Shown piece by piece: positions 28,011-41,844 of a DNA stretch of 64,000 bases. A model generated the notes under the pieces. That model had not been told where the DNA came from. It saw only the letters and a list, made by a program, of their open reading frames with translations, and searched no databases. The stretch lies in assembly GCF_009914755.1 (NCBI RefSeq), contig NC_060937.1; one strand, 5' to 3'. The position numbers were made by a program, and so were the translations under genes. Every line of letters starts with the position of its first letter. Within the stretch, counting starts at the first letter, position 1. This DNA comes from the human T2T-CHM13v2.0 reference genome, Homo sapiens.

Positions 28011-28677
28011 TACTTCATGTGTTTTGCAGCAAAGATGATTTAGCTGTATTAACGTCCACCTTCGTCATCTGATGTGATCATCTGTGTAGTTATTTACGTG
28101 TCTGTACCAAATTGAGTTTTCCACTCTTGCCTTTGCTACAAAATCAGAATGGAGAGGTCTTTGACACCTGAATTTTCCAGCTCCCTGTTCCTGTCAGATA
28201 TTTCTTGACTCAGTTCTCACCCTTCCATGTTATGTGGGTATTAGTAATATTGAAAGTAAAATCATTACTTAATATGTGCCATAAAAGCTGAATTACAATC
28301 TTCACTTATGTAAGGAGGATCTAGTCTGACCAGGTATTATTTCATTAAGCAGAACAACTCCTAATTGTTTACTACATTTTTGGAAAGCATTAATTTTGAG
28401 ATTTTCTTAGTCACAAGGCGAGAAAGACAAGAATAAGTTGATGTCAGCCTTACAAGCTGGCTCATTGGCATGCATCTGCCAAGTGACTCATTTTAAAGAA
28501 GGACTATCACTGATTTGTTGGCTTTTAGCTCTATGTTTACTAAAGCTAGATATCACTGACAGCTCAGACAACTTTCAAACCAGTTCTGGTATTGAGTTCT
28601 TACCATGATAATATGTTGGTCAGTCTTTTATTGAGAGTAAAATACCTTTATATTCTTATTAAAATTAATCTAGGTAT

Positions 28678-31335
28678 TGATACAGTTTGTTTCTGTGTCC
28701 CCACCCAAATCTCACCTTGAATTGTAATAATCCCCACACATCATGGGAGGGACCCTGTGGGAAGTAATTGAATCGTGGGGGTGAGTTTATCCTATGCAGT
28801 TCTTGTGATAGTGAATAAGTCTCACAAGATCTGATGGTTTTATACAGGGGAGTTCCACTGCACATGCCTTCTTGCCTGCCACCATGTGAGATGTGACTTT
28901 GCTTCTCCTTTGCCTTCCGCATGATCATTAGGCCTCTTCAGCCAGGTGGAACTATGATTCCATTAAACTTCTTTCCTTTATAAATTACCCAGTCTCAGGT
29001 ATGTCTTTATTAGCAGTGTGAGAACAGACTAATACAGTAAACTGGTACCAAGAGTTGGGTGCTACTGTAAAGATACCTGAAAATATGGAAGTGACTTTGG
29101 AACTAGGTAACAGGCAGAGGCTGGAACAATTTAGAGGGCTCAGAAGATGACAGGAAAATGTGGGAAAGTTTGAAACTTCCTAGAGACTGGTTGAATGGCT
29201 TTGACCAAAATGCTGATAGTGGTATGGACAATGAAATCCAGGTGGAGGTGGTCTCTGATGGAGATGAGGAACTTGTTGGGAACTGGAGCAAAGGTGACAC
29301 TTGTAATGCTTTAGCAAAGAGATTGGCGATATTTTGCCCCTGCTCCAGAGATTTGTGGAACTTTAAACTTGAAAGAGATGATTTAGGGCATCTGGTGGAA
29401 GAAATTTCTTTCTTTCTTTTTTTTTTTTTTTTGAGACGAAGTTTCCCTGTTGTTTCCCAGGCTGGAGTCATGATCTTGGCTCACTGCAACTTCTGCCTCC
29501 TGGGTTCAAGCAATTCTCCTGCCACAGCCTCTTGAGTAGCTGGGGTTACAGGCATGTGCCACCATGCCTGGCTAATTTTTTTGTATTTTTTAGTAGAGAC
29601 AGGGTTTCTCCATGTTGGTCAGTCTGGTCTTGAACTCCCGACTTCAAGTGATCTGCCTGCCTTGGCCTCCCGAAGTGCTGGGATTACAAGCATGAGCTAC
29701 TGCGCCCGGCCAGTGGAAGAAATTTCTAAGCAGCAAAGCATTCAAGAGGTGATTTGTATACTGTTGAAAGCATTTAGTTTTAGGTATTGACAAATACATG
29801 GTTTGGAATGGGAACTTATGTTTAAAAGGCAAGCAGAACATAAAAGTTTTTAAAATTTGCAGCCTGACAATGCGATAGAAAAGAAAAACCCATTTTCGGA
29901 GGAAAAATTCAAGCCTTCTGCAGAAATTTGCATAAGTAACGAGGAGCCAAATATTAATCTCCAAGATAATATGAAAGATGTCTCCAGGGCATGTCAGAGA
30001 CCTTCATGGCAGCCCCACCCATCACAGGCCTGGAAGCCTAAGAGAAAAAATAGTTAGGTGGTCCAAGTCCAGGGCTCCCGTACTCTGTGCAGCCAAGACT
30101 TTGTGCCCTGCATCCCTGTCTCTCCAGTAATGGCTAAAAAGGGGCCAAAATAGAGCTTGGGCCATAGCTTCAGAGTGTGCAAGCCCCAAGCCTTGGCAGA
30201 TTCTACCTGGTGTTGAGCCTGCAGGTGCAAAGAAGACAGGAGTTGAGCTTTGGGAACCTCTGCCTAGATTTCACAGGATGTATGGAAACTCATGGATGTC
30301 CAGCCAGGAGTTTGCTCCAGGGCTGAGGCCCTCATGGAGAACCTCTGCTTGGGCAGTGTGGAAGGGAAATGTGGGGTCAGAGCCCACACATAGAATCCTC
30401 ACTGAAGCATTGCCTGGTAGAGCTGTGAGAAGAGGGCCACCATCCTCCTCCAGGCCCCAGAATGGTAGATCCAGCAACAGCTTGCACCATGTGTCTGCAA
30501 AAGCCACAGACACTCAACATCAGCCTGTGAAAGCAGCCAGGAAGGGGGCTGTACCCTGCAAAGCCACAGGGTCAGAGCTGCCCAAGACCATGGGAACCCA
30601 CCTCTTGCATCGGCATAACCTGGATGTGAAATGTGGAGTCAAAGGAGATCATTTTGGAGCTTTATGATTTGGCTGCCCTGCTGGATTTCGGACTTGCATG
30701 GGGCCTGTAGCTCCTTTGTTTTGGCCAATTTCACATCATTTGAAATGGATGTATTTACCCAATGCCTGTACCCCCGTTGTCTCTAGGAAGTAAGTAACTT
30801 GCTTTTGAATTTACAGACTCATAGAGGGAAGGGACTTGCCTTGTCTCAGAAGAGACTTTGGACTTTGGAATTTTAAGTTAATGCTGAAATGAGTTAAGAG
30901 TTTAGGGGACTGTTGGAAAGGCATGATTAGTTTTGAAATGTGAGAACATGAGATTTGGGAGGGGCCAGAGCAGAATGACATGCTTTGGCTCCATATCCCC
31001 ACCCAAATCTCACCTTGAATTGTAACAATCCCCATGTGTTGTGGGAGGGACCTGATGGGAGGTAATTGAATAATGGGGGTAGGTTTTTTCTTTGCTGTTC
31101 TCATGATAGTAAATAAATCTCACGAGATCTGATGGTTTTATCAACAAGAGTTCCCCTGCACATGCCCTCTTGCCTGCCACCAAATAAGATGTTTCTTTGC
31201 TTCTCCTTTGCCTTCCTTTGTGATTGTACGGCTTCCTCAGCTGTGTGGAACTGTGAGTCCACTAAACCTCATTCCTTTATGAATTACCCACTCTCAGGTA
31301 TGTCTTTATTAGCAGCATGAGAACAGACTAATACA
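28678..31335 (+). mobile_element. Full-length THE1C MaLR provirus (5'LTR 28678-29036, internal 29037-30975, 3'LTR 30976-31335)
   Basis: Two ~360-bp LTRs ending ttagcag..tgagaacagactaataca; perfect TSD ggtat (28673-28677 / 31336-31340); polypurine tract before the 3'LTR; THE1-int ORF remnant MWESLKLPRDWLNGFDQNAD. Confidence 0.95.
29410..29711 (-). mobile_element. AluSp inserted in THE1C-int
   Basis: Diagnostic gtttctccatgttggtcag and gaactcccgac. 15-bp TSD gtggaagaaatttct (29395-29409 / 29713-29727). Confidence 0.93.
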
Positions 31336-31489
31336 GGTATCTTCAATTTAGTGTTAAGTGAATGTAATAGTCTTCCACAGAGCCAATCAATCAGGTCACT
31401 TCTATACCTTATGTAGAGAATTTAATCTTTCCTTTATGTTGAAGGTTTCCAATCTCATAAGATTTCACAATAAACTTATAAATATTTAG

Positions 31490-31700
31490 TAACCATGTCA
31501 TGAGCCTAAATTTGAAGTTCAGACACGTTCCTTCAGATGTCAGCTCCACCACTTACTAAATAGAAATTGTGTCAGAAATCTGATAATCTCTGAGTATATA
31601 TGTAATCATCCCTAGCATAAGGATAATGATGGAAGATAATAATGCCAAATGCATACACCTGTGGCGTTAAATCAAATGACATCAATAAAATATTCTAGGG
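31490..31700 (+). mobile_element. MIR
   Basis: gaagttcagacacgttccttcagatgtcagctccaccacttacta...ggaagataataatgcc. Confidence 0.55.
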
Positions 31701-34700
31701 GTTAGTTCTTGATAATTTAACATCTCTGTCACTGTTCTTTATATGCATTATCTTATCTTGTCATCACACCACAGATATTATACAACTACTGTTACCTCAG
31801 TTTACATATAATGGTCCTGTGATGCAGCTAGATCGTAGTATTTGCCCACTATCTCTTGGTTATTAAGGGCTGGGATCCAGCATTTTAAAATAGCTCTAAA
31901 TTGCCTGGCTATAAACATGTTCTGGCCCACTCCTGATTTTTTAAATTATTTTCCAGTTTTTACTGGTTCTTAGCTTGGTCTTTCTCATTAAAAAATCGGC
32001 AAAAATGTATCTTAGTCAACTTATTACCTGGATCTGAGTGACATAATCTCAAATTATGTAGATTTAAGAATCTATTTATTTTCCTGAAAAAGAAAGAATT
32101 ATGAATGGAAAATAATTGTTTAATTTTTCAGACAGCCTCCTGCCCAGACCTCAACTCTAAATGACATACACTCCCACCTAGGAAATCACATAACCAATTT
32201 TTTTTTTTTTTTAATCTGGGCAGTATCTTTGAACACTTCATGAGAATCGTGTAACCTTCAGGTTGGAGATAAGATTGCATTTGCAGTATTTTCTACAAAT
32301 TATTCAAGCAATACATTATTTTTCCTGATATATAAAGGACTTTGTGGCATCAGCATCCTTCTGCTTAGTGACTGCATGGATCAGCACCTTACGAAGTGTT
32401 TGGCGAGGAGTGCAAATTAGTACTTAAAAACTTTTATGTGTTGAAGATATGTGTGTGTATGTGTGTTTGATTGCAAGGTGTGAACTTGCCAACATTATTT
32501 GAAAAACCATATCTCACTGCAATTATTTCAGCTGGTGTTATTGTTTTAAACTTATTTTTGTTCCATTAGTTTAATAAAAGTCTTGAAATTCTGTTTATGT
32601 CTTTGACCAGCATTGGAGTAGTTTTTATAATTTATAGCCATCCAATGCCAGGAAAAGCTGAGTCTATTTTTTTATAAATAAAATATTCGTTTACCATAAA
32701 TCTTCTTATCACTTTTGGTTTTTAATGTCTTTTTATTCTTTTTCAAATAGTTGGTCAATAGAAAGTTTTGTAAAGTGTTGATATAATAATTTTACTACAA
32801 TTCTTTTTTCTCTTTTTTTATAAGAATAATTTATTAGGAATAAACATTTACAAACTAAAACATAATTTTTGATGTTGTAATGAAAATATTTAGGTTTTGC
32901 ATGGCTCTATTTTTCATGGTTTATCAGATACTATGGTATGAACATTTACCTATTTTTACCAACATGGTAATCACACATTAAATATTGATCACTTTTATCA
33001 TATAAGATTGTGCATAATTTTAATTAAAATATTGTAATTAATTAAAATTATTTACATTAGAGACTGATTTTTAATCCACCTACCCCAAATAATTTTGGAA
33101 TATCAGACTAATCTTTTCAATAAAATTGAAAGGATTAATTCTGACTTTAAAGGAGATTTATTATTTACAAATACTAATGAAAATACTAATGAATATTGAG
33201 ATTAATTTTAAGATTCTAAAGTGATGACCAGTAGAAGATAGAGATGTTTTTCTGAGGAAGAACAATACCGTATTTATAGACTTAGTGATTAATATCTATG
33301 TGTTGCATTGATATCTTACTAATTCATGAAGTATTTATAAAATACAGGGTGACATATTAATGCTTATTAATCAGGAATCTGATATAATCTGTGGAAACAA
33401 TCCTTATTTGAATAATTAATATTTAAACTGATATATGATTGATGAATAGGTTGATGAATATTTAGTGAGGAATCAGGAATAACGCTGTTCAAAGAATACC
33501 TGCTTTGATACAAGTAACATTCTTCTCATTAGAGTTGTGTCTCAATTCTTGTTTCCTTCCAAGTATCTTTTTCCTCTTTTATAGTTAACTTTTCTTTCCT
33601 CTTTAGCTAACGTAAGCATGCATGTGTGGTGTTCTCTGCCTTCAACAATTAAAACCATTCCTGAAATGATGTATTGCTAGATCAAAGGACCCATTTTTCT
33701 CTTGCTTTTGACAGCAGCAATATTCACATAATCATCTAAGTATCAACCTTTTACTTAGGCCTTCCACTCACACACAATCCTACCAACGTATTTTAATCCC
33801 CAGTGTAGTGCGTGGCTCTAATAATACGTTCATATTTTATCTGTTTATTTTACTTAAAAGAAAGTTTCATGAGAATAGGGATTTTGGCTCTCCCTGTTTC
33901 TGTCTCTTTTTAATCATATTTACTTTTTGTTCTAGATCAGTGCATATTAAATAGTATGCATTGTCTAAATGTTATATATTAGAAAAAGCAAAGGAAATAC
34001 ATGTGTAAAAATTACTAACCTGAAGAAGCATAGTTTCCTGAAAAGGCAGAAAAGGGTTATCTTTTGATATATACGGACAACTTATTTTTGATAGAGGAAA
34101 CAGTGACACAATGTGTACTAATATTGGGAGGATTGAGAGTTTTATTGTGGGAGGTTGCTATCTTCCATTTTCTCACAGTTTATAAGAGGTAAAGACATTT
34201 GCTGGAGGTGGTGTGTAATTCAGATATCACATGGCACAATACTGAACAATGATAGAAAACTAATGCATTATCAGACAGAAAAATTCCTACATTAATAATT
34301 CACCAGTCGTTTGACCTCAAGGAATATGTCTCCTATTGATCCACTCTAAAAAGCCACTATCATTCTTTTCTTCAGTAATATTTTCCCCAACATGATGTTT
34401 TTACAGTGTCTCCACTTCATTACACTTAAGATTTTTTCCTGCAGCTATCCCCATGTTTTATAGGTAATATTCAAATTTTAAAAAATAAATAAATATCAAA
34501 ACAATTATTGCTTATATTAGTTGAAGAAATGGCAGATGTGTAATATGATCCATGTATTCCTTCAATAACAATTTGAAAATTTTAAAAATTATATATAAAA
34601 TGGGATTCAAACAACTGTATATTCAGTCTGGTATAATATTATAAAGTCAAATTACAAGAGATTAGATTAAAGGGAAATACACTACCAGGATAAGAATAAA

Positions 34701-35202
34701 ACATGTAGTAATGGTATATTTGAAAAAAAGAAATCAAAGCAATATGTAAACTCACTCACTAATAAGAATTCTCAACAAGCATTTAAGACACTAAAGAATG
34801 CTAATACTTCTCATATTTCAAATTTGAGCCATATTCATGCAAGGAGAAATTAAAATCAAATGCTGAAATTGCAAGTCCTAAAAATCAACGTCAGATAATT
34901 GAGGTTCTATTGATTCAAGAAGTCTCTTCAGTTTAAAATTGGAGATACTGCTGAAACATCACTAGGTTCAGTAATAACACAGAGTTGGGGAAAACATGCT
35001 GCACAGAATGGCTATGCTATTAAATTCAGCAACGGTTTACCAAGAGGTTGTAAAATGCAGGATATTATTATATAAATACCTAGTTATAAAACTTCTGTTT
35101 TTAGCAAAATTCTAGATGAAATTCAAACAGAGAGGCAAGTCCTGTAACAGTGGCTAACGACCAGATGACATATTGTCTATGCAAACCCTTAATTTACAGT
35201 GG

Positions 35203-35624
35203 TAGCAGATTGGTTGGGGAGACACAAGGACTAGCTATCCAGATCCCCCTTCAAGGAAGAACTCTGCCCTAGCTTCTGGAGTAGTGTGGTCAGAAGGCAG
35301 CCTGCCATCCTCAGATCCTTCAGGGTCTGTCTCAGCTTCAGAATGCTATCTTACTCAAGGTCACACCCTTCCCTGGGCATCCCATAACCAATGACAAATA
35401 AAGGCCTACATATTTCAGAGACATGGAGAACATTATAACAGGAATATGCACATTCCAGAGTTCCCACCGAAATTGGTGGAGGCTTTGTCAGACTATTGGA
35501 GTTCATCTTTTTTCTCTGCTTAATGCTGTTTCTTCTGTCACTTAATGTGTGTTAATCCCTAATACATATTCTGCCCCTCCAATTCACTCTCAGCCTCTGC
35601 CTTCAGGGAACCTAACAGGCAACA
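35203..35624 (+). mobile_element. LTR16C-like ERVL solo LTR
   Basis: ccagatcccccttcaagg...caaggtcacacccttccctggg...ctcagcctctgccttcagggaacctaacaggcaaca. Confidence 0.75.
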
Positions 35625-35674
35625 ATTGGTGATTTCTGTATGTGATTGGCAGATTTTCAAACAGGCCTGGCATG

Positions 35675-35972
35675 TGGCCACCTCAGGAACTTTGCACATG
35701 CTCTAAGTGAGACCTTCTTGTTTGCTCTGTCTAAATGACAATGTTCTCCAGACCTGTCTTCCTGTTTGTTTTTTTTTTTCGTTTTTTTTTAGTACTTATT
35801 TCCATTTCATCTACTATATTTTAATAACTTGTAGATAATCTCTTTTCCTCAGTAGAATAGTAGCTTTATGAAAACATGAATTTCTGTTTATTTTGTGAAC
35901 TGATCTATTCTTAGTACCATGGATAGGGCCTACCAAATTGTGAATGCTTACTGTTTGTTGTATGAGTAAATA
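35675..35972 (+). mobile_element. L2 3' end
   Basis: cctcaggaactttgcacatgct...tagaatagtagctttatgaaaaca...tgtttgttgtatgagtaaat. Confidence 0.65.
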
Positions 35973-36146
35973 GCAGTCAAACCCTGAAAAGAACCCCCAA
36001 ATCTATTTAATATAATCAATATAATTTAATTATAAGTGAAAATAAACAAAAACAGGAAAAATCTAAAAACCAAGCTATATTTTAGCTTACATATATAGTG
36101 TTTAATATTTAAAAACACTATTATAAAAAGATAGTTTTAAAAAATC

Positions 36147-36385
36147 TTATAGATTCTGGGCATACACAAGCAGGCTTTTCATATGAGTATATTGTATAAT
36201 GCTGGCTCTTGGGCTGCTGGTGAACCCATCATCCAAATATAAACATGGTACTCAATAGTTTTTCAACCCTCATCCCCACTTCTGCCCTCCCTGCTTTTGG
36301 TGTCCCCAGTGTATATTATTTCTATCTTTATGTCTATGTCTATCCATTGTTTATCTCCCATTTAGAAGTGCAAACATTTGACATG
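36147..36385 (-). mobile_element. L1PB4-like 3' tip
   Basis: Homologous to 25890-26170 (ctgcttttggtgtccccagtgt...tgtttatctccca). Confidence 0.75.
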
Positions 36386-38189
36386 AGATACTGGTTACTG
36401 TCTTCCTTGCTTTGAGAGAGACTCTTCCTTTGAACAGGAAATGTGGGGATGCCTGTTGTTTCGGTAACAACATAGTTCTATTTTAAAAGCTAGTTTATAG
36501 ACAATTGTTGTTTGTTTTACTATTTCTTTGGGGTTACACAATTACTGGAAGGATTAACTTGGTTCAGTTATGATCAAGATTAGCATACAGGCATCTGTAA
36601 ATAGGTTATTAAAGCTAATTTGATAATAATGAACACACCCTATAAACAAAACTACATCAGACAACATTTAAATTTCTATTGTTCTGTAGGCTTAACATAT
36701 ATAATAATTTGTAATATGATTTTATTATTTTTCTGATTCTTTATTTGGCAAGTGAGATTGTTTAAAATGTATCTATCATAAACTATTAAATATGAAACAT
36801 TTAAATATGCATAAATCTTCTAAAGACAATTGACTTTTTTTTCTAAATATAAGGGAATCCTGACTTACCTAATAAGGAATAGAAATTCACACTCAAATGC
36901 ATTGAAATACACAAATAGTCATTCTTTCCTTTGAAATATAATTTTATCCAAGAATAATTTCCATCACTTTTTCCATTGATTTAAATATGTTGTAATATTT
37001 ACTTGTATATAGAGGACAACTATATAATCAGTGGCAAGAACTTAGATAAAGAACTTCCAGCATAAGTGATTCTATCTGGATTTACAGGACACAGATGCTT
37101 TGAGCAATGCTATCTTTGCACTGCAGACACTAGCTAGTTCAATCTCAGTGGCAAAGTATGTGAGAAGAAAGACTGGATAAAAAGGTAATATCCTCCCTAA
37201 CTTAATCAGTCTTCCATGGTGAGCAACTAAGCTTGTAACTGCTATTCAGAAAGATGTTCATTAAGGTTTCTGACGTGTCCTTCACCTTGCAGGAGACAGC
37301 CCAGTTTATCGGATTGCTTAAATTAACAGGCAGGATGTTCTTTGCAATACCTTTTAACTGAAGCTCATTATACTTACTCTTTGCCAGCCAGAAGGGGTAT
37401 TCTGACTGTGAAATATGCTTTTTATATGTGAAACACAGGGTCACTTTTATGTTTCCGTTTGTAAATGTATCTTGGACATATTATGGGATGTCTACGGAAT
37501 TTGGGGGGTTAAGTTTTTAAAATGTAGCTCTGTGGTGCTAAAACCAGGGACAAGTAGAGAAGCATTTTGATATGTTTCCAAGTCTGAATGATTTAAATAA
37601 AATATCAGGAAGAACAATATCAATCAGAATTACCCTTAAATCTATAAGATAGCAGCATTTGGTATATGAAATATCATTCTTGGTGTAAATGAAAGTTATG
37701 AATGTATATTCAAATGTAGGGGTGTGTACAAAGAGAAAATAGGCTGTTAAATAAAGGATCAGCTTTCAAACTACAATAGTAGCAGCTTTTTCCCATATTA
37801 CCAGAAATAAGATGTAGTACTATTATATGCTGTATCTTTTGCCCTGACAGAGCAAATTCAAGATTCTATCCTAAACTGTCCTCTGGTAACCATGATTAAT
37901 AGTGTGGCATTCTTTCAGCCACCTTCCATTCATTAACTATGTATGTATATATATTTTGTACTGAGTGTGTCCATTGTCCTGGGCACTGGGCATTGTGGGG
38001 GAATAGAAAGAAGAAAGATGCACGCATTCAGTCCATAGTGAGTCTAAGAAGGTAGGTAAGAAAATTGCTCTTTTCCATTCTCTCAGAAAGGCCTTTCCTT
38101 AACTTAACTGCTTTCCTCATTGGCTTGGTCTCCATAGTGATTCATTTTGCTGTAAAAAGTAGACAATTGTAGACAATTATGAAAAATAT

Positions 38190-38420
38190 GAATACTGTGG
38201 TCTCTGAGTCTGAATTTGAATCCCATGTCTGCAAATTCATATGTGTGTGATCTTGGGCAATTGAATTGAAGTTGTCTGTTAAAAGCTCTGTCAGTATCCA
38301 ACTTTAGATCAACTTTGCCTGATTCTCACCTTTCCATATTTAAAAACCTACAATATTGTTAGTTAAAACTAAAACTTTAGAAGAAAATGTGAGGAACATG
38401 TGAAACACCATGTTAAAAAT
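38190..38420 (+). mobile_element. MIR
   Basis: ctgaatttgaatcccatgtctgc...tgtgtgatcttgggcaatt. Confidence 0.55.
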
Positions 38421-38839
38421 ATATATAAAGTAATTTTTCTGGCTGCCAGTTGCTATAGAGGCTGTAGCTCACCATGAAATGATACTTTATTCTCTCACCT
38501 GATGTAACAGCTAAAAATACAAGTATGCCTATTACTATTTACAAATAAGGAGGAATGTTTAGATACTTTAAAAGTAGTTTCTGTATAACAAAAGTGAAAT
38601 TTTTTTCTTGCTCTTCTGATATCCAGAAAAAAGTTATTTCCACATTATTTATTCTAAATGTAAATATATGAATTCATGCTTAAAGTATGGTAAAATGTAA
38701 TAATTGGACTTAAAACAGTCTATTATAATTATAAAATGCATATTTGCTAAAACATTAATTTTAGATACACGAAATGCTTTTTTTGCTGTATTTTGCTACA
38801 TGAAAAAAACCTGTTGAAGAAATTACATATTTTCCTGTT

Positions 38840-39138
38840 CTTTTTTTTAAATTTTTTTGAGACAGAGTCAGAGTGGCACAATCTCAGCTCATTGCAACCT
38901 CCACCTTCTAGGTTCAAGCCATTCTCATACCTCACCCTCCATAGTAGCAGGGATTACTGGTGTGTGCCACCATGCCAGGCTCTTTTTTTTTTTGTTTATT
39001 TATTTATTTTTTTATTTTTAGTAGAGATGCGGTTTTGCCATATTGGCCAGGCTAGTCTAGAACTCCTAGCCTCAAGCGATCTGCCCCCTTGGCCTCCCAA
39101 AGTGCTGGGATTACAGGTGTGAACCACCGCACCTGGCT
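38840..39138 (-). mobile_element. AluSz/Sx-like with right-arm deletion and expanded linker
   Basis: cctcaagcgatctgccc...ctcccaaagtgctgggattacagg; about 25 nt missing after gacagagtc; (TTTA)n linker. Confidence 0.9.
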
Positions 39139-41287
39139 GCTGTTGTTCTTTAATCCATACTTTTGAAGTAGGTGGTGAGAATTATTATAATTCAATAGAG
39201 GAGAAAATGACTTGAAAAATTATCATGCTTATATTGTTCATTAGAGAAGTAATAAGTCGACCCTTAATAGAAAGTAAGAATTTTATCTGTTGAAATAAAT
39301 ATGATTTTTATAGTAAAGACAAGCATAAAAGCTAAAATTAAGAAATATATGTCTACTATTTATACTAAAATGTGCTTAGTTATAATTTCAAAGCAATTAT
39401 GGAATTGTTTAATGAAGTATAACATAGATCACAGCCAAGTGCTATTTCTTAAATAGTTAACCTCTTGACATATCCTGCATTCTCCTTTAAAACCTTCATA
39501 CTTTTTGCAAATTCTCCTTGAATAAAATTCTTCAAATGTTTTCCAAAATAGATAGTAAAAAAAATTTTTCAGTAAAATTAAACCCAAAGATGTGCCATTT
39601 TATGGATTGTTAAGGTAGTATCAAAATTATTTTAATTATGAGTGTATTTCCATTTTCTTTCTATGAAATACTCAAGTACACATCCTCAGTGTCAACTGTA
39701 GACATTTCTAACATTAAAAATATTATTTTTGATGAATTTTGATAATATATTTTTAGAAATATTTTTGATATTTTAACAGTGACTTTACAACTCTTTAAAA
39801 ACAAACAAACAAACAAACACCATATGAAAGCTAATACTGATGCTAAGGGAAAACCTATACTTTTCTTCCAGAAACATCCATCTGATATTCAAGATTGTGT
39901 GCAATGTATTTTTACTATTTATATTTAATGAGTTTTGCTAGATAATTCTTGTATGTACAATGTCACATATACATTTAAGATAAGGATAAATTGATATTTA
40001 ACAGACTGTCATACATATAACAGAAGCTCCATCAAGAGCGTGGTTAAAGCAACATAAATGTCAGACAATGTCTGAAATCATATTAGCAAATTTATAATAG
40101 TTTACTTAAGGTATGACATGGGAACTTACTCATAGAACTATCACAAAATAAATGATAGTTACAAATTGAAGCAAACTAAGGAGTGCAATATAAAAGCAAC
40201 CTCTGTATCAAATAAAGCAGTTAATGGCATTTAGATAATGAATACAAAACAATGCTAAACATTCCTTTCAAAGCCAATCTGGAATCATGAGACTTGAAAT
40301 TTTATTTGTATGATATCAGAATCAGTATAACAAACTGATTATATACTTTAAAAATAGCGAATTCACTACCATGATGCAAAAATAGTGTGTGTTGTTAGAT
40401 TGACAACTAGAAGAATTTTCCAAAATATCTATCTTCTGTAGCATTACGTCATTTCTCATGGACATTCTGAATCTCTGATACACAGTGATGTGGGGGAAAG
40501 TGAAGACATATCATCAAATCAGGTAAAATGTAAGACCTAAAACAATAAAAACACTAGAAGAAAACTTAGGAAATACCATCTGGACATCAGCCTTAGCAAA
40601 GAATGTATGACTAAGTCCCCAAAAACAATTGCAACCAAAACAAAAATTGACAAGTGGAACCTAAATATACTAAAGAGCTTCTGCACAGCAAAAGAAACTA
40701 CCAATAAACAGACAACCTACAGAATAGGGGAAATTATTTGCAAACTATGCATCTGACAAAGGTCTAATATCAAGAATCTAAAAGGAACTTAAATCAGCAA
40801 GCAGAAAACAAACAACTTCATTAAAAATGAGCAGAGGACCTGAACCAACACTTCTCAGAAGAAAACATTCTTATGGCCAACAAATACATGAAAAAAGCCT
40901 CATCACAGATCATCAGAGGATGGCAAATTAAAACCACAAGGAGATACCATCTCACACCAGTCAGAATGGCTAAAACTAAAAAATCAAAAACATAGCAGAT
41001 GCTGGCAAGGTTGTGGAGAAAAGGGAATACTTATAACACTGCTAGTGGGAATGTAAATTAGTTCAGCCACTGTGGAAAGCAGTGTGTAGATTTCTCAAAG
41101 TAATTAAAACAGAACTACCATTCAACTTAGCATCTCACTATTGTGTGTATAACCTAAGGAAAATATATTATTCTACCAAAAAGACGTGCACTCGTATGTT
41201 CATCACAACACTGTTTCATGATAGCAAAGACGTGGAATCAACCAACATTCCCATCAGTGGTGAACTGGAAAAAGAAAATAGTGTACA

Positions 41288-41642
41288 AGATTCACCAAGG
41301 TTAAAATGAAGGAAAAAATGTTAAGCGCAGCTAGAAAGAAAGGTTGGGTTACCCACAAAGGGAAGCCCATCAGACTAACAGCAGATGTCTCTGCAGAAAC
41401 CCTACAAGCCAGGAGAGATGGGGGCCAATATTCAAAATTCTTTAAAAAATTTTCAACCCACAATTTCATATCCAGCCAAACTAAGCTTCATAAGTGAAGG
41501 AGAAATAAAATTCTTTACAGACAAGCAAATGCTGAGGGATTCTGTTACCACCAGGCCTGCCTTACAAGAGCTCCTGAAGGAAGATCTAAATATGGAAAGG
41601 AAAAACCAGTACCAGCCACTGCAGGAAAAACACAAAATGTAA
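41288..41642 (+). pseudogene. L1 ORF1p C-terminal remnant
   Basis: Frameshifted pieces MKEKMLSAARKKGWVTHKGKPIRLTAD and ISYPAKLSFISEGEIKFFTDKQMLRD; stop at 41640-41642. Confidence 0.9.
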
Positions 41643-41844
41643 AGATCATTGACACTATGAAGAAACAGCATCAACGAATGGGCAAGATAACCAGTTAGCA
41701 TCATAATGACAAGATCAAATTCACACATAACAATATTAACCTTAAATGTAAATGGACTAAATGCCCCAATTAAAAGGCACAGACTGGCAAATTGGGTAGA
41801 GTCAGGACCCATCAGTGTGCAAAGAGACCTATCTCATGTGGAAA

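Noticed and set aside
29158-30667. 125- and 129-aa ORFs as domesticated genes
   Set aside because: Fragments of the THE1-int ORF broken by AluSp and stops.
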